64,000 nucleotides of DNA from contig OY781061.1 of NCBI GenBank assembly GCA_963676515.1, forward strand, positions 758,630 through 822,629, read 5' to 3'. The position numbers were made by a program, and so were the translations under genes. Below the pieces are notes generated by a model. The model saw only the letters and a list, made by a program, of their open reading frames with translations, was not told the DNA's origin and ran no database searches. This document shows positions 28,345 through 38,416 of the stretch, piece by piece; positions within the stretch are counted from its first letter, which is position 1, and the number at the start of each line of letters is the position of its first letter. This DNA is from Candidatus Cloacimonadota bacterium (GTDB lineage Bacteria; Cloacimonadota; Cloacimonadia; G963667145).

Positions 28345-29013
28345 TCAAATCTTTTGTCCTATTTTTTTGGATAAATAAAGGAAAGGCGTGTCCACCAAAG
28401 CTGTAAGCCATTTGAAAAGGTAAGTGGTGAAGACGATTTGCCACCAGACATCCAGCGAAAATACACCAAAAAAGGCGATAAAAGCAAACACAAACGAGTC
28501 TAACAACTGACTAATCATCGTGGAAAAATTATTGGCAATCCAAATTTTACCTGTTCGCTTTTTCCAAAAGGTGTAAGCCCATATATCGTGCGACTGGCTG
28601 ATAAGGTAAGCAGTGATAGAGCCTGCCACTATGCGAGGCATTATCCCGAACATCTTTTGCAAGCTACCTTGAATAAAGTCACTCTCGTGCGGAGTGAAAA
28701 GGAGTGCCATCTGCATCACCACTAGCATCACCACCATAGAGCCAAACCCGAGGAGCATCCCTTTGGTGGCAGCTTTTTTCCCGTGATTCTCGCTCAATAT
28801 ATCTGTCGCCAAAAACCCTGTGGCATACATAATATTCCCCAGAGTAGCCACCATCCCGAAAATCTCCACCGTCTTCAACACTTGGATATTCGCCAAAATG
28901 GTGGAAATAGGTATCCAAGCATATAAACCAGCTTTACCAAAATAACGATAAAATCCCAAAATCAAGCCAAAGTTGACCAACATAAACAAAAGCCACAATA
29001 TTTCGTTTCCCAT
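28345..29013 (-). CDS. Queuosine-precursor transporter, YhhQ/DUF165 (VUT) family
   Basis: 222 aa integral membrane protein with the YhhQ-family pattern. Confidence 0.6.
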   Translation of the reverse strand: MGNEILWLLFMLVNFGLILGFYRYFGKAGLYAWIPISTILANIQVLKTVEIFGMVATLGNIMYATGFLATDILSENHGKKAATKGMLLGFGSMVVMLVVMQMALLFTPHESDFIQGSLQKMFGIMPRIVAGSITAYLISQSHDIWAYTFWKKRTGKIWIANNFSTMISQLLDSFVFAFIAFFGVFSLDVWWQIVFTTYLFKWLTALVDTPFLYLSKKIGQKI

Positions 29014-29334
29014 AAATCTCTTCCTTCGTTCTCTTCTCTTGAAAACTTCTTATAAAATGCTTATTCTTTCTTTTTTATTGATTTAAAGTAAGATAAAGGA
29101 GTTTACCCCTAGTTTGTCCACCTCTTGTTCTTAGTTATGCACAATTGCTATCTATCTGTTTATCTGTCTGTTAGCTATTGCGTTTGCCTCTAAATGCCTA
29201 ACTTCTGAGTGTTTGCTCACGCTGTGTTTAACTTTTTCCTTGTTACTCGCCAAATAGTAAGCAGTTAGGGGAAAAGAGCCAAAAAATTGAACACACACCC
29301 TAAGATTGAAGATGAGACCTCCTCTTTTTCTTTG

Positions 29335-29718
29335 TCATCTCTTTAGATAAGCAGTTGCCTTCTCTAGCATCTCTCGTGGCAAACTACCCACAATAATCAA
29401 GGCAAAGCCCAAAAAAGCTGTATAGAAGCCGAATTTCATCGAGACTACTCGCATTACCTCGCCACCACTGTAATAGGATATACACAAGGCAATTGCCGCT
29501 CCTATACCTGCTATAAGTGAGTGACGCACAACTTTTGTCCAGCAACTGAAGGCTGCACCTGCCATACTTAGCACCAAGAAGAATTTTATCGAGACTGGTA
29601 TTTGAGAGGTGCTTAGGACTTGCAAACCGTTGAACGACTCCCCAGCACAGCCACCTAATGGCATTATAAGCAAGGAGAGCAAAGCCACTATTGCACCTAG
29701 TTTTACTACTCTGTTCAT
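29335..29718 (-). CDS. Small membrane protein (127 aa). It overlaps the SulP stop by 4 nt.
   Basis: Four hydrophobic helices; translationally coupled to the upstream transporter gene. Confidence 0.45.
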   Translation of the reverse strand: MNRVVKLGAIVALLSLLIMPLGGCAGESFNGLQVLSTSQIPVSIKFFLVLSMAGAAFSCWTKVVRHSLIAGIGAAIALCISYYSGGEVMRVVSMKFGFYTAFLGFALIIVGSLPREMLEKATAYLKR

Positions 29719-31376
29719 ACATTTTCCTTTCTGTTTGTTCTTTCCAATATTTTTTTCGCTTTCTCGATAGATTTGTCGAAACTATCGAAGATGGAATCGT
29801 GTGTCAAAACTTTTTCGACTCCAAACCGCAGTAAGTCTTCGCGAACTTCGCCACTGACTCCCGAGAGGAGCACCCGTATGTGCTTGTGTTTGAGGATGCT
29901 GAGCACATTCTGGAGGTTGTGAAGTCCTGTCTGATCGACAAAAGACAGGTGTCGCATACGGATCACCAGCACCTGACACCGCAGACCTGCTTCTTGCAAC
30001 GCCTCTGAGTATCGCCTAGCGGATGCAAAGAACAGCGGACCGCTTATCTCATAAATCAACATTCCTTTGGGTAGGTCAGAATAGTTATCGATGACATCCC
30101 TATCGACGACATCGTTTATCCTCTTTTCGCTTATGTCCGACATCCTTTTCATAAAGAGGATTGCAGAGAGGATGACACCCACTTCTATAGCTAAGGTCAG
30201 TCCGAAAAAAATCGTGATGAAGAATGTGGTCAGCAGAACAATCACATCGAAGTATGAGCCCCGCATAATGGAGATGAAAGACCGCCATTCGCTCATATTG
30301 TAGGACACCACAAGCAATATGCCCGCAAGGCAACACATCGGGATGAGTTTTGCCCAATTGCCCAAAAAGAGCATAATCGCCAGCAAAGTGACCGCATGCA
30401 CCATTCCCGAGATGGGTGTTCTGCCGCCGTTCTTGACATTGGTCGCCGTGCGTGCTATCGCCCCTGTGGCAGGGATGCCACCCAAAAATGGCGTGAGCAC
30501 ATTAGCTACGCCTTGAGCGATTAGTTCTGTGTTCGAGCGATGCTTGCCGCCTATCATACCATCGGAAACGACTGCAGAGAGCAAAGATTCGATGCTCCCC
30601 AGCATAGCGATGGTGATGGCTGGCATCAGATATAGACTCAAGTCTGCAAAAGCGAACTGAGGCAATTGGAACTTGATCTTGCAGGGGATTGAGCCAAAAA
30701 AGGTTTCGATGGTGGTAACATCCAAAGCGAAAAAATTTACCAAGGAGGTGACCAACACGATGGCGATAAATGAGCCGGGAATCTTGGGAACGAACCTTTT
30801 GCTAAAGACGATTATCAGGATAGTCACGGCTGTGAGGGAAAATGCAGTCCAGTTGATGAGGTGGAGATGCTGGAAATAAACGCACCATTTCTGGTAAAAT
30901 TCCGACGGCACGGAGGCGAGAGGCAAACCAAGGGCGTCTGGTATTTGTGTAGAAAAGATGACCAAAGCGATGCCGCCTGTAAAGCCGACGATTAAAGGCT
31001 GCGGAAAATATTTGAGCACCGTGCCGAGTCGCAAAAGACCGAAGATTATCATGATGAAGCCAGCCAAAACTGTGGAGATGAAGAGCCCATCTAGCCCATA
31101 TTGCTGCACGATGCCGTACACGATGACGATAAAAGCTCCCGTGGGACCTCCTATCTGCACGCGACTGCCTCCCAAGAAGGAGATGATAAATCCTGCGACT
31201 ATCGCCGTCACTAGCCCTTTTTCTGGTGACACTCCCGATGCGACGGCAAAAGCTATCGCTAATGGCAAAGCCACGATACCGACCACTATTCCCGACATTA
31301 TGTCCGACGAGATTTGCTTTTTAGTTATTCCTAACTTCAAAAGCGAAAAAAATTTTGGTTTAAAAATGGTGTTCAT
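29715..31376 (-). CDS. SulP-family anion transporter with C-terminal STAS domain
   Basis: 553 aa; SulP TM core plus a C-terminal STAS-like domain. Confidence 0.75.
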   Translation of the reverse strand: MNTIFKPKFFSLLKLGITKKQISSDIMSGIVVGIVALPLAIAFAVASGVSPEKGLVTAIVAGFIISFLGGSRVQIGGPTGAFIVIVYGIVQQYGLDGLFISTVLAGFIMIIFGLLRLGTVLKYFPQPLIVGFTGGIALVIFSTQIPDALGLPLASVPSEFYQKWCVYFQHLHLINWTAFSLTAVTILIIVFSKRFVPKIPGSFIAIVLVTSLVNFFALDVTTIETFFGSIPCKIKFQLPQFAFADLSLYLMPAITIAMLGSIESLLSAVVSDGMIGGKHRSNTELIAQGVANVLTPFLGGIPATGAIARTATNVKNGGRTPISGMVHAVTLLAIMLFLGNWAKLIPMCCLAGILLVVSYNMSEWRSFISIMRGSYFDVIVLLTTFFITIFFGLTLAIEVGVILSAILFMKRMSDISEKRINDVVDRDVIDNYSDLPKGMLIYEISGPLFFASARRYSEALQEAGLRCQVLVIRMRHLSFVDQTGLHNLQNVLSILKHKHIRVLLSGVSGEVREDLLRFGVEKVLTHDSIFDSFDKSIEKAKKILERTNRKENV

Positions 31377-31480
31377 ATTTCCTCAAATCTGTTTAATCGC
31401 TCGGAAGTTTGCCCGCCTTGATTTCTGTCAAGGGATATGCCCGCCATTTTCATCCTGTTCTATTTTCATAATTAAAGCCC

Positions 31481-31510
31481 AAAAAAAAGAGACCTTTTAC
31501 AGTCTCTTTA
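31481..31510 (-). terminator. Intrinsic terminator after the SPFH gene
   Basis: Minus RNA aaagagac-uguaaaag-gucucu followed by U8. Confidence 0.7.
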
Positions 31511-31529
31511 GTGTTTGATTTTTTTATTT

Positions 31530-32528
31530 CTACTTAACGAACATCTCTTTTATGCTTTTTATTGAGCCTAGCAAAGCTGACGATTCGTAAGGCACGACTA
31601 CCGTTTTATCGCCGTGTTGGGTCACTTTTTGGAAAGCCTCGATGTATTTGAGAGCCATCAGATACTGTGCAGGGTCTGTGCCTGTCGCTTGCACGCTGGA
31701 GGAGATTTTGCCGATAGCTAACGCCTCTGCATCTGCCACCAACAGCCTAGATTGAGCTTGTCCCTCGGCATTTTTGATAGCCGACTCTTTCGCTCCTTCT
31801 GCTTCCAATATCAGTGCCATCTTGCTACCTTCTGCTGTGAGTATCTTGGCTCGCCTGTCCCGCTCTGCACGCATCTGCTTCTCCATCGCTTCCCTTATCT
31901 CTTTCGGCGGATTGATGTCTTGCAGCTCCACTCTGTTCACCTTGACTCCCCATTTGTCTGTGGCGTCGTCCAAGATGTCCCTCAGCTTAGCGTTGATAGT
32001 ATCGCGAGAGGTGAGCGTCTTGTCCAAATCCATCTCGCCGATCACATTCCGCAATGTCGTCTGTGTCAGCTTCTCGATAGCATTGGGCAAGTTGATAATC
32101 TTATACACCGATTTCACGGGATCCATCACTTGGAAATAGAGCAGTGCGTTAATCTCGATGCCCACATTGTCCGCGGTAATCACATTTTGCCTCGGGAAAT
32201 CGTAAACTGTCTCTCGCAGGTCAATCCTGCTGACCATCCTCGATGACACAATCGTTTGCCCTTGCATATTCGTTCGCAAAGTCCGCCACTCGATCGTCCT
32301 GATCTTGTCCAAGATTGGGATGATAAAACCGATACCGCTTTGCAAAGTCCTAGAATAGCGACCCAGCCGCTCTATGATGATTACCTCCGATTGCTTGACG
32401 ATTACCACACCTTTGGCAATAAAAACAATAATCAAAATCAGCAATAAGACGGGAAAATAATTACTTAACATTCTTCCTCCATTTTTTTCTTTATTTAGTA
32501 GGCATCCTTTTGCTCTCGCTTTCGTCAA
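31530..32528 (-). CDS. SPFH/band-7 (stomatin/HflC-like) membrane protein
   Basis: 332 aa; N-terminal TM anchor, then an SPFH domain and a coiled-coil. Confidence 0.7.
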   Translation of the reverse strand: MTKARAKGCLLNKEKNGGRMLSNYFPVLLLILIIVFIAKGVVIVKQSEVIIIERLGRYSRTLQSGIGFIIPILDKIRTIEWRTLRTNMQGQTIVSSRMVSRIDLRETVYDFPRQNVITADNVGIEINALLYFQVMDPVKSVYKIINLPNAIEKLTQTTLRNVIGEMDLDKTLTSRDTINAKLRDILDDATDKWGVKVNRVELQDINPPKEIREAMEKQMRAERDRRAKILTAEGSKMALILEAEGAKESAIKNAEGQAQSRLLVADAEALAIGKISSSVQATGTDPAQYLMALKYIEAFQKVTQHGDKTVVVPYESSALLGSIKSIKEMFVK

Positions 32529-32582
32529 TGTTAATCACTGAGAATATACAAAAGAAAAATAATTGACAACTTTTAGTTAAAT

Positions 32583-32609
32583 TAGCAATCTGGCTTCAAG
32601 AGTGCTAGT
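32583..32609 (+). promoter_or_regulatory. CIRCE-like HrcA operator (TTAGCAATC-N9-GAGTGCTAG) in the clpB promoter. A TTGACA -35 hexamer lies at 32563-32568.
   Basis: Matches TTAGCACTC-N9-GAGTGCTAA with 3 mismatches; located 30 nt upstream of the clpB ATG. Confidence 0.55.
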
Positions 32610-32638
32610 TTTTAGCACCAAAACTTTTAGGAGGAAAT

Positions 32639-35179
32639 ATGAACTTCAATAAATACACCATTAAATCGAAAGAGTGTTTGCAAAAAGCCGCCGATTTGGC
32701 TACAGAGTACGGACATCAGGAGATAAGAGGTCTGCACCTTTTGCTCGCTGCTCTGACAGTAGAGGACTCGCTCGTGCCGACTTTGCTCCAAAAGGTGGAA
32801 ATCCAGCCTACTGTAGCCCAAGAGCGGACAAAAGCAAAGCTGAGCGAGTACCCGAGGGTAGAGGGCAGCTCTCCGGCTTACCTCAACGCAGAAGCCAACA
32901 AAGCTCTTTTGCTTGCCGAAAAAATCGCTGGTCAGTTTCAAGACGAGTTCGTAAGCCTAGAGCATCTTTTGCTCGCTTTGGTGAAAAGTTGTCGCGACAT
33001 CCAAGAAATATTGGGCAATCCCCAAGAGAAAGATTTGCTCAAAGCTATCCAAGAGATAAGAGGCAACCACAAGGTGGACAGCGAGAATCCCGAAGCGAAG
33101 TACCAAGTATTGGACAAATACACGCGAAACCTCACGGACTTGGCGAGAAAGGAGAAGCTCGACCCTGTAATTGGCAGAGACGATGAAATCCGTCGCACTA
33201 TCCAGATATTGTCTCGTCGCAGGAAAAATAACCCTGTGCTCATCGGAGAGCCAGGAGTAGGGAAGACAGCCATCATCGAAGGCTTGGCACGGAGGATTAT
33301 CGACCGTGATGTCCCCGAAAACCTCAAGAACAGAACAGTTTTGGAGCTAGATATGGCTTTGCTACTAGCAGGGGCGAAATACCGTGGCGAGTTTGAGGAA
33401 AGGCTCAAAGCGGTCTTGAAAGAGGTGGAGAGCTCCAACGGCGAGATTATCCTCTTCATCGACGAGCTCCACACCATAGTGGGAGCCGGTGCTGCCGAGG
33501 GGCAGAGCGATGCCTCCAATATGCTCAAGCCTGCTCTCGCCAGGGGCGAGCTGCGTTGCATAGGTGCGACCACCCTGAGCGAGTACAAGAAGTACATCGA
33601 AAAGGACGCCGCTCTCGAACGCCGCTTTCAACCTGTAATTGTCGGAGAGCCAAGCATTGCCGACACCATCTCCATCTTGCGAGGCATAAAGGACAAATAC
33701 CAAGTGCATCACGGCTTGCAAATCACCGACGAAGCTCTGATAGCAGCAGGCAAGCTCTCTGCACGATACATCAACGATCGGTTCCTACCCGACAAAGCTA
33801 TCGACCTGATGGACGAAGCGTGTGCCTCGGTGCGGATGCAAATCGACTCGATGCCCCAAGAGCTGGACGATATGAAACGCAAGATACAGCAGTTGGAGAT
33901 AGAAGAGCTTTCTTTTAAAGGCGAAGCCAAAGGGAAAAGGGAAAAGGCTCAATCTGAAATCGCTAATCTCAAAGAGAAGTTTTCTATTATGATGGACAAA
34001 TGGAAGCAAGAGAAGGACAATCTGAACAAAATCGGTGATGTGAACGACAAGCTGGACAAAGCCAAGTCGGAGATGGAGATTGCCCAAAGAAATGGCGACC
34101 TAGAGACTGCGTCGCGGCTGAAATACGGCACGATTATTGCACTGGAAAAACAACTGGAAACTGCCAAGGAGAATTTGAGTAAGAAGGCGGAAGGTTCTCA
34201 GATGGTGAGCAAAATCGTGGACGCCGCTACCATCGCCACGATTATCTCCAAATGGACGAACATCCCGCTGGAGAGCCTGCTAAAGAGCGAAGCCGAAAAA
34301 CTGACGAATATGGAAGAGATTCTGAGCAAAAAGGTCATCGGGCAAAAGGAAGGCATCGTCGCTGTGTCCAACGCCATCCGCAGAGCCAGAAGCGGATTTT
34401 CCGATGAGAACGCTCCCATCGGCTCGTTCCTCTTTTTGGGTCCAACCGGAGTCGGCAAAACTTACCTCACGCAAGAGCTGACTCGCCTTTTGTTCAACGA
34501 CAAAAAAGCGATGTTCCGCTACGATATGAGCGAGTTTATGGAGAAGCACTCCGTCTCCAGACTCATCGGTGCTCCTCCGGGATATGTCGGTTACGAAGAA
34601 GGCGGCAAGCTCACGGAAGAGGTGCGACGACACCCTTATTGCGTTTTGCTGTTTGATGAAATCGAAAAGGCTCATCCCGATGTTTTCAATATTTTCTTGC
34701 AAATCTTGGACGAAGGCAGACTCACCGATGGCAAAGGTCGCACGGTCAATTTCCGCAACACCATCATCGTGATGACCAGCAACATCGGAGCGAATCGCCT
34801 ACTGGAAGCCAAAAACAGCCAAGATGTGGAAGCGGAAGTTTTGCAAGACATCAAGTCACATTTTCGCCCAGAGTTCATCAACCGCATCTCACAGACGGTG
34901 GTTTTCCACAAGCTAAAAGAGAAAGAGATCAAGCAAATCGTCCTTTTAGAGCTTTCCACTCTGCAAAAACGCTTACAAGAGAAAGGGTTTACGCTGTCGT
35001 TGAGTGATAGAGCTGTGGACGCTCTTGCCAAAATTGGCTTCGATCCGCAGTTTGGAGCAAGACCGATAAAAAGAGCTATCCAAGAGAATTTGGAGAATAT
35101 GCTCGCTCAGAAGTTTCTGCAAGGCGAGCTCCCAGAAAAAGTGGAAGTGGATTATGATAAGGGGTTTGTGATTAAATAA
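32639..35179 (+). CDS. clpB: ATP-dependent chaperone ClpB
   Basis: 846 aa; two AAA+ modules ([16 protein letters not shown]) and a middle coiled-coil. Confidence 0.9.
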   Translation: MNFNKYTIKSKECLQKAADLATEYGHQEIRGLHLLLAALTVEDSLVPTLLQKVEIQPTVAQERTKAKLSEYPRVEGSSPAYLNAEANKALLLAEKIAGQFQDEFVSLEHLLLALVKSCRDIQEILGNPQEKDLLKAIQEIRGNHKVDSENPEAKYQVLDKYTRNLTDLARKEKLDPVIGRDDEIRRTIQILSRRRKNNPVLIGEPGVGKTAIIEGLARRIIDRDVPENLKNRTVLELDMALLLAGAKYRGEFEERLKAVLKEVESSNGEIILFIDELHTIVGAGAAEGQSDASNMLKPALARGELRCIGATTLSEYKKYIEKDAALERRFQPVIVGEPSIADTISILRGIKDKYQVHHGLQITDEALIAAGKLSARYINDRFLPDKAIDLMDEACASVRMQIDSMPQELDDMKRKIQQLEIEELSFKGEAKGKREKAQSEIANLKEKFSIMMDKWKQEKDNLNKIGDVNDKLDKAKSEMEIAQRNGDLETASRLKYGTIIALEKQLETAKENLSKKAEGSQMVSKIVDAATIATIISKWTNIPLESLLKSEAEKLTNMEEILSKKVIGQKEGIVAVSNAIRRARSGFSDENAPIGSFLFLGPTGVGKTYLTQELTRLLFNDKKAMFRYDMSEFMEKHSVSRLIGAPPGYVGYEEGGKLTEEVRRHPYCVLLFDEIEKAHPDVFNIFLQILDEGRLTDGKGRTVNFRNTIIVMTSNIGANRLLEAKNSQDVEAEVLQDIKSHFRPEFINRISQTVVFHKLKEKEIKQIVLLELSTLQKRLQEKGFTLSLSDRAVDALAKIGFDPQFGARPIKRAIQENLENMLAQKFLQGELPEKVEVDYDKGFVIK

Positions 35180-35192
35180 TCTCAGTATCTTG

Positions 35193-35226
35193 CTGGCGAG
35201 CTTTCTGGCTCGCCAGTTTTGTTTTT
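35193..35226 (+). terminator. clpB intrinsic terminator
   Basis: ctggcgagc-tttctg-gctcgccag followed by ttttgttttt. Confidence 0.85.
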
Positions 35227-35254
35227 CGCTCTTCTCTTTAAAGGTGTCCGCCTA

Positions 35255-35470
35255 CAGCGGATTACTTTGTCACTTTTCCCTTTTGATGAAAAAAGCGAAA
35301 AGTAACACAAAAGGTAAATTCAAAATACGAAATCAATTAGCTAAATTCCTAAACCATCCATCTCACGCTAATACTGCTCGTGCTATGAATCACTTTTGTT
35401 CTTTTTTTGGTGATATAGCACATCGCAATTAGCGTAGTTCAGTCGGTATAAGTAATTTTACGCTTCTTGA
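35255..35470. repeat. Mosaic hairpin repeat, copy 3 (inverted copy of modules D and C)
   Basis: The reverse complement aligns along its length with 13395-13580 and 36880-37111. The outer stem of module C has changed from acgctg/cagcgt to gctaat/attagc, a compensatory change. Confidence 0.75.
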
Positions 35471-35587
35471 TTTGAGTATTTCCTTGGTGGCTTCTGGGGA
35501 TTTGTGTCAAATACTTGAAAAACCACATGTGGTATGCCTAGTTTGAGCGGGCTAAAGCCCTTGAGTTTACTGCTAAACGACAATTAT

Positions 35588-36430
35588 TTATGAGCTAGTG
35601 TTAAGCAATGCCTTTTTTATTTTAACCATTTTTAACTCATTAGATTTCTCAAGAGTTATAATTTTATCCATAAAATCAGAAAATCCTTTCTTGGTAACGA
35701 CAAAAATATATGCCATTTTTGATTCTTTCTTATAATGGTAATTAAAAACAAGAATTGAGGACTCAACTTTTATTAGTTTTTCTTCTTGCATTTCATATAA
35801 ATCTTCATTTATTAAAAGAATTGGCATATATAAAAAGTGTCTAAAATGCTCATTCGCAGAAATGGATTCTGGATTACCAATCTCAAATAATTCCAACCTA
35901 GATTCACAATATTCTACAATTTTTGATAATCCGCTATGGATATTGTCTGGATGAAAAGCCATTAATTCATCTTTGTTTTTCTTTTTTTGGAATGAGCAAT
36001 ATTGCGTATAGGTTTTTACCTTTTCATTTTCTATTAGTGAAGTATAAAATGAATCATGCAATCTATAATCGATACCCACAGGTAATGTAAATGCTTCTTT
36101 CAAACCACACCATGCTTCAATGTTTGGTGAAGGTTCAGCTTTTGTTAATAGTATTAGGGGTAATCTGTTATTTTTAAGCTCAAAAACAAATTTTGTCTTG
36201 CAAATAACCTTTTCTTCGACATACCTATAGTATTCTGCAGTAATGTCAATTTCTCTGCTTTTGCCAGTAATTGGGTCTTCAATAGCTTGGTTTGATTCTA
36301 CGAAAAATCCAGCTTTAGAAAGACTTGAAGATATTTCTGATTCCAATAAATATCCTGACCTTTTTAAAGCTTCTAGCATTTTTTCCTCTGACAATTTATT
36401 GTGAGTGCTCATTTCTTTAAGGTTTTGCAC
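35588..36430 (-). CDS. Hypothetical protein (280 aa) with an N-terminal PD-(D/E)xK-like nuclease motif, on a low-GC islet
   Basis: GY..ESEI...REIDITAE...FVFELK has the spacing of a restriction-endonuclease-like catalytic core. The gene is flanked by inverted copies of the repeat family. Confidence 0.4.
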   Translation of the reverse strand: MQNLKEMSTHNKLSEEKMLEALKRSGYLLESEISSSLSKAGFFVESNQAIEDPITGKSREIDITAEYYRYVEEKVICKTKFVFELKNNRLPLILLTKAEPSPNIEAWCGLKEAFTLPVGIDYRLHDSFYTSLIENEKVKTYTQYCSFQKKKNKDELMAFHPDNIHSGLSKIVEYCESRLELFEIGNPESISANEHFRHFLYMPILLINEDLYEMQEEKLIKVESSILVFNYHYKKESKMAYIFVVTKKGFSDFMDKIITLEKSNELKMVKIKKALLNTSS

Positions 36431-36624
36431 AACAATCCACTCCCCTCAACATGTCTCACACACTTCCATATTGGCACAGTATGCGAACGCTTTGTTCGGT
36501 TATTCTCTATTCCTTCGCATAATCTTTTCATCTATACCCTCTCGCTCTTTCCCGCATAATAGCTGTTCCTATTTCCTGTCAATCAAAATAAGTTACGCCC
36601 GAAATTTGGAAATTCATAGATAAA

Positions 36625-37111
36625 GGTCTGTGTCTCTGGCTCTATCCCGTGAAGCGGAGGAAACCCCAACCCAACTAGCAAGTGAGAAAGCCCTACGACT
36701 CTCGTGCATCGTGTTAGAGAATGGATTCCCGCTTCCGCGGGAATGAGGGCTGGTGGGCAGGAATAATGGCTGGTGATAACGCAAAGCGAGTGGCGTGCAG
36801 GAATGATGGCTGGTGGTATGCTTTCTTGTTTCTCTATCCTCATCCTCGCGAAAGCGGGGATCCAGAGATGGGTTGGGCTAAGAAAAAACTTTAAGCAAGT
36901 AGCTTACAATTACTTATGCCGACCGAGCTACGCTGAAAAGCGATGTGCTATATCTCCCAAAAACGATAAAATGTGATTCATAGCACGAGTTTTGCCAGCG
37001 TGCGAGGGATGGCTTAGTAATTTTGCTAGTGGCTTAGGTTTTTTTGACTTTACCTTTTGTTACTTTTAGCTTTGGTCAGCCAAAGGGAAAAGTAAGACCC
37101 TCCGTCAGGAG
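36625..37111. repeat. Mosaic hairpin repeat, copy 2 (module order B-inverted, E with 3 tandem sub-repeats, A, C, D)
   Basis: Modules C and D are collinear with copy 1. The module-E hairpin carries the compensatory pair cccgc/gcggg where copy 1 has cctgc/gcagg. Module B is present as its reverse complement. Confidence 0.75.
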
Positions 37112-37388
37112 AGCAAATTAAAGAAAATGAACTATTATTTTGGGAATGCATAGCAAACAAAGCATACAGTTAATTAATTAACACATATACACTCCCAAGC
37201 TGGAGCTTGGGAGCGAAAAAAAAAATTTCATATTATTCTCCTACTTTAAAAGCCTAGCAAAATATTCGTGATGCAAATAAAACATTTTTTGAATTGAGTA
37301 CAACGGCTTGTATATAAATCGGTTAGCATTTCGAAGCCCATCGCTTCAAAGCACTATTAATTTTCTACATTATTGTGCACAGCATTTT

Positions 37389-38249
37389 TTATTCTTTATT
37401 AATCAATCCTCCTAAAATTACTGAAATCATACCTATCATATATACTAATAGAAATGGCTCCTTGAAAAATAAAATCAACAATATAGTTGAAATCACAGGA
37501 GTCAAAAAAACGAAGGGTGCCATAAACGAGGCTTTACCAATTTTTAGTGCTCCAATCCAGAAAATATATGAGATTCCGTTTACAAATATTCCGTTTATTA
37601 AAATCGGCAAAATAGTATCTTGTGTCGGCAATTTAAATTCCGAAAGAAGAATCATTGAAATAAATGAGATTACTGTTGCGGTTAAAAAATAAATTGTAAC
37701 AAGAGATAATGAATCAATTTTAACCTTTTTACTGAGTACAGAAAAAAGCCCAAATACGAACGCTGCTAACAATACAATACTATCAACAAAAAAATTATCA
37801 AAGTGAATATCAGTCAATTCCCCTTTAGTCAAAACCATAAAAACTCCGAAGAATCCTAGAATTATTGAAATCACTTTTCGCAAATTCAGTCTTTCTTTTA
37901 AAATCAAGATTGATAAAACTATCACAAAAATTGGCCAACAGTATTGTATTATAAGAACCTCAATGCCTTTTGCATTCGCGTATCCAAAATACACTAAAAT
38001 ATAGTACAAGTATGTTCCTAGCAATCCTAAAACAATTGATTGAATCCAATCTTTAGCTGAAAGCCTTAGAAGTAAAAAAACTTTTTTCTTTATCAGGATT
38101 ATCGCTAAAAAAGTCAAAAATGAAATCACGCTTGACCAAAAAAGAAATTGGTAATTATTAAGATTTGATTGTCCTAATTTTGAAACTACAGGAATCATTG
38201 CCCACAATAGGACACAAATCAGAACATATATTATTGATTTTGTTTTCAT
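37389..38249 (-). CDS. EamA/DMT-family transporter (second, divergent, low-GC copy)
   Basis: 286 aa; a 10-TM EamA-like pattern. Confidence 0.6.
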   Translation of the reverse strand: MKTKSIIYVLICVLLWAMIPVVSKLGQSNLNNYQFLFWSSVISFLTFLAIILIKKKVFLLLRLSAKDWIQSIVLGLLGTYLYYILVYFGYANAKGIEVLIIQYCWPIFVIVLSILILKERLNLRKVISIILGFFGVFMVLTKGELTDIHFDNFFVDSIVLLAAFVFGLFSVLSKKVKIDSLSLVTIYFLTATVISFISMILLSEFKLPTQDTILPILINGIFVNGISYIFWIGALKIGKASFMAPFVFLTPVISTILLILFFKEPFLLVYMIGMISVILGGLINKE

Positions 38250-38416
38250 CTTATCTTTTACTTTCTCCCCTATATAATAACTGTTTCTTTTGCTGTAAAT
38301 CCAAAATAGGTTACGCTCGAAATTTTGTAAATATTGTCAATCTCTTCCCTTTCGTTGGAAACTAGAGAAAAAAGGCAGGATAAATCCTGCCTTTTCGTTA
38401 TCGTTAAGAAATTGTC

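Noticed and set aside
29014-29334. Possible preQ1 riboswitch upstream of the YhhQ-family transporter
   Set aside because: YhhQ genes are often preQ1-regulated. But the only candidate hairpin (AGGGG-UAAA-CUCCU) has the wrong loop size and lacks the A-rich CUA tail, so there is no convincing match.
33365-35031. Multiple minus-strand ORFs inside clpB
   Set aside because: They are antisense to a highly conserved AAA+ chaperone gene.
35430-35590. Full tRNA gene near the tRNA-like D-arm segment
   Set aside because: No acceptor stem, anticodon arm or T-arm (GTTCGAAT) could be assembled, and the segment is part of the repeat family.
36680-36830. CRISPR-like periodicity (three ~20-nt gcaggaatgatggctggtgg units) in repeat copy 2
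   Set aside because: There are only three irregularly spaced short units and no spacer-like unique sequences. It is a local tandem sub-repeat of module E.
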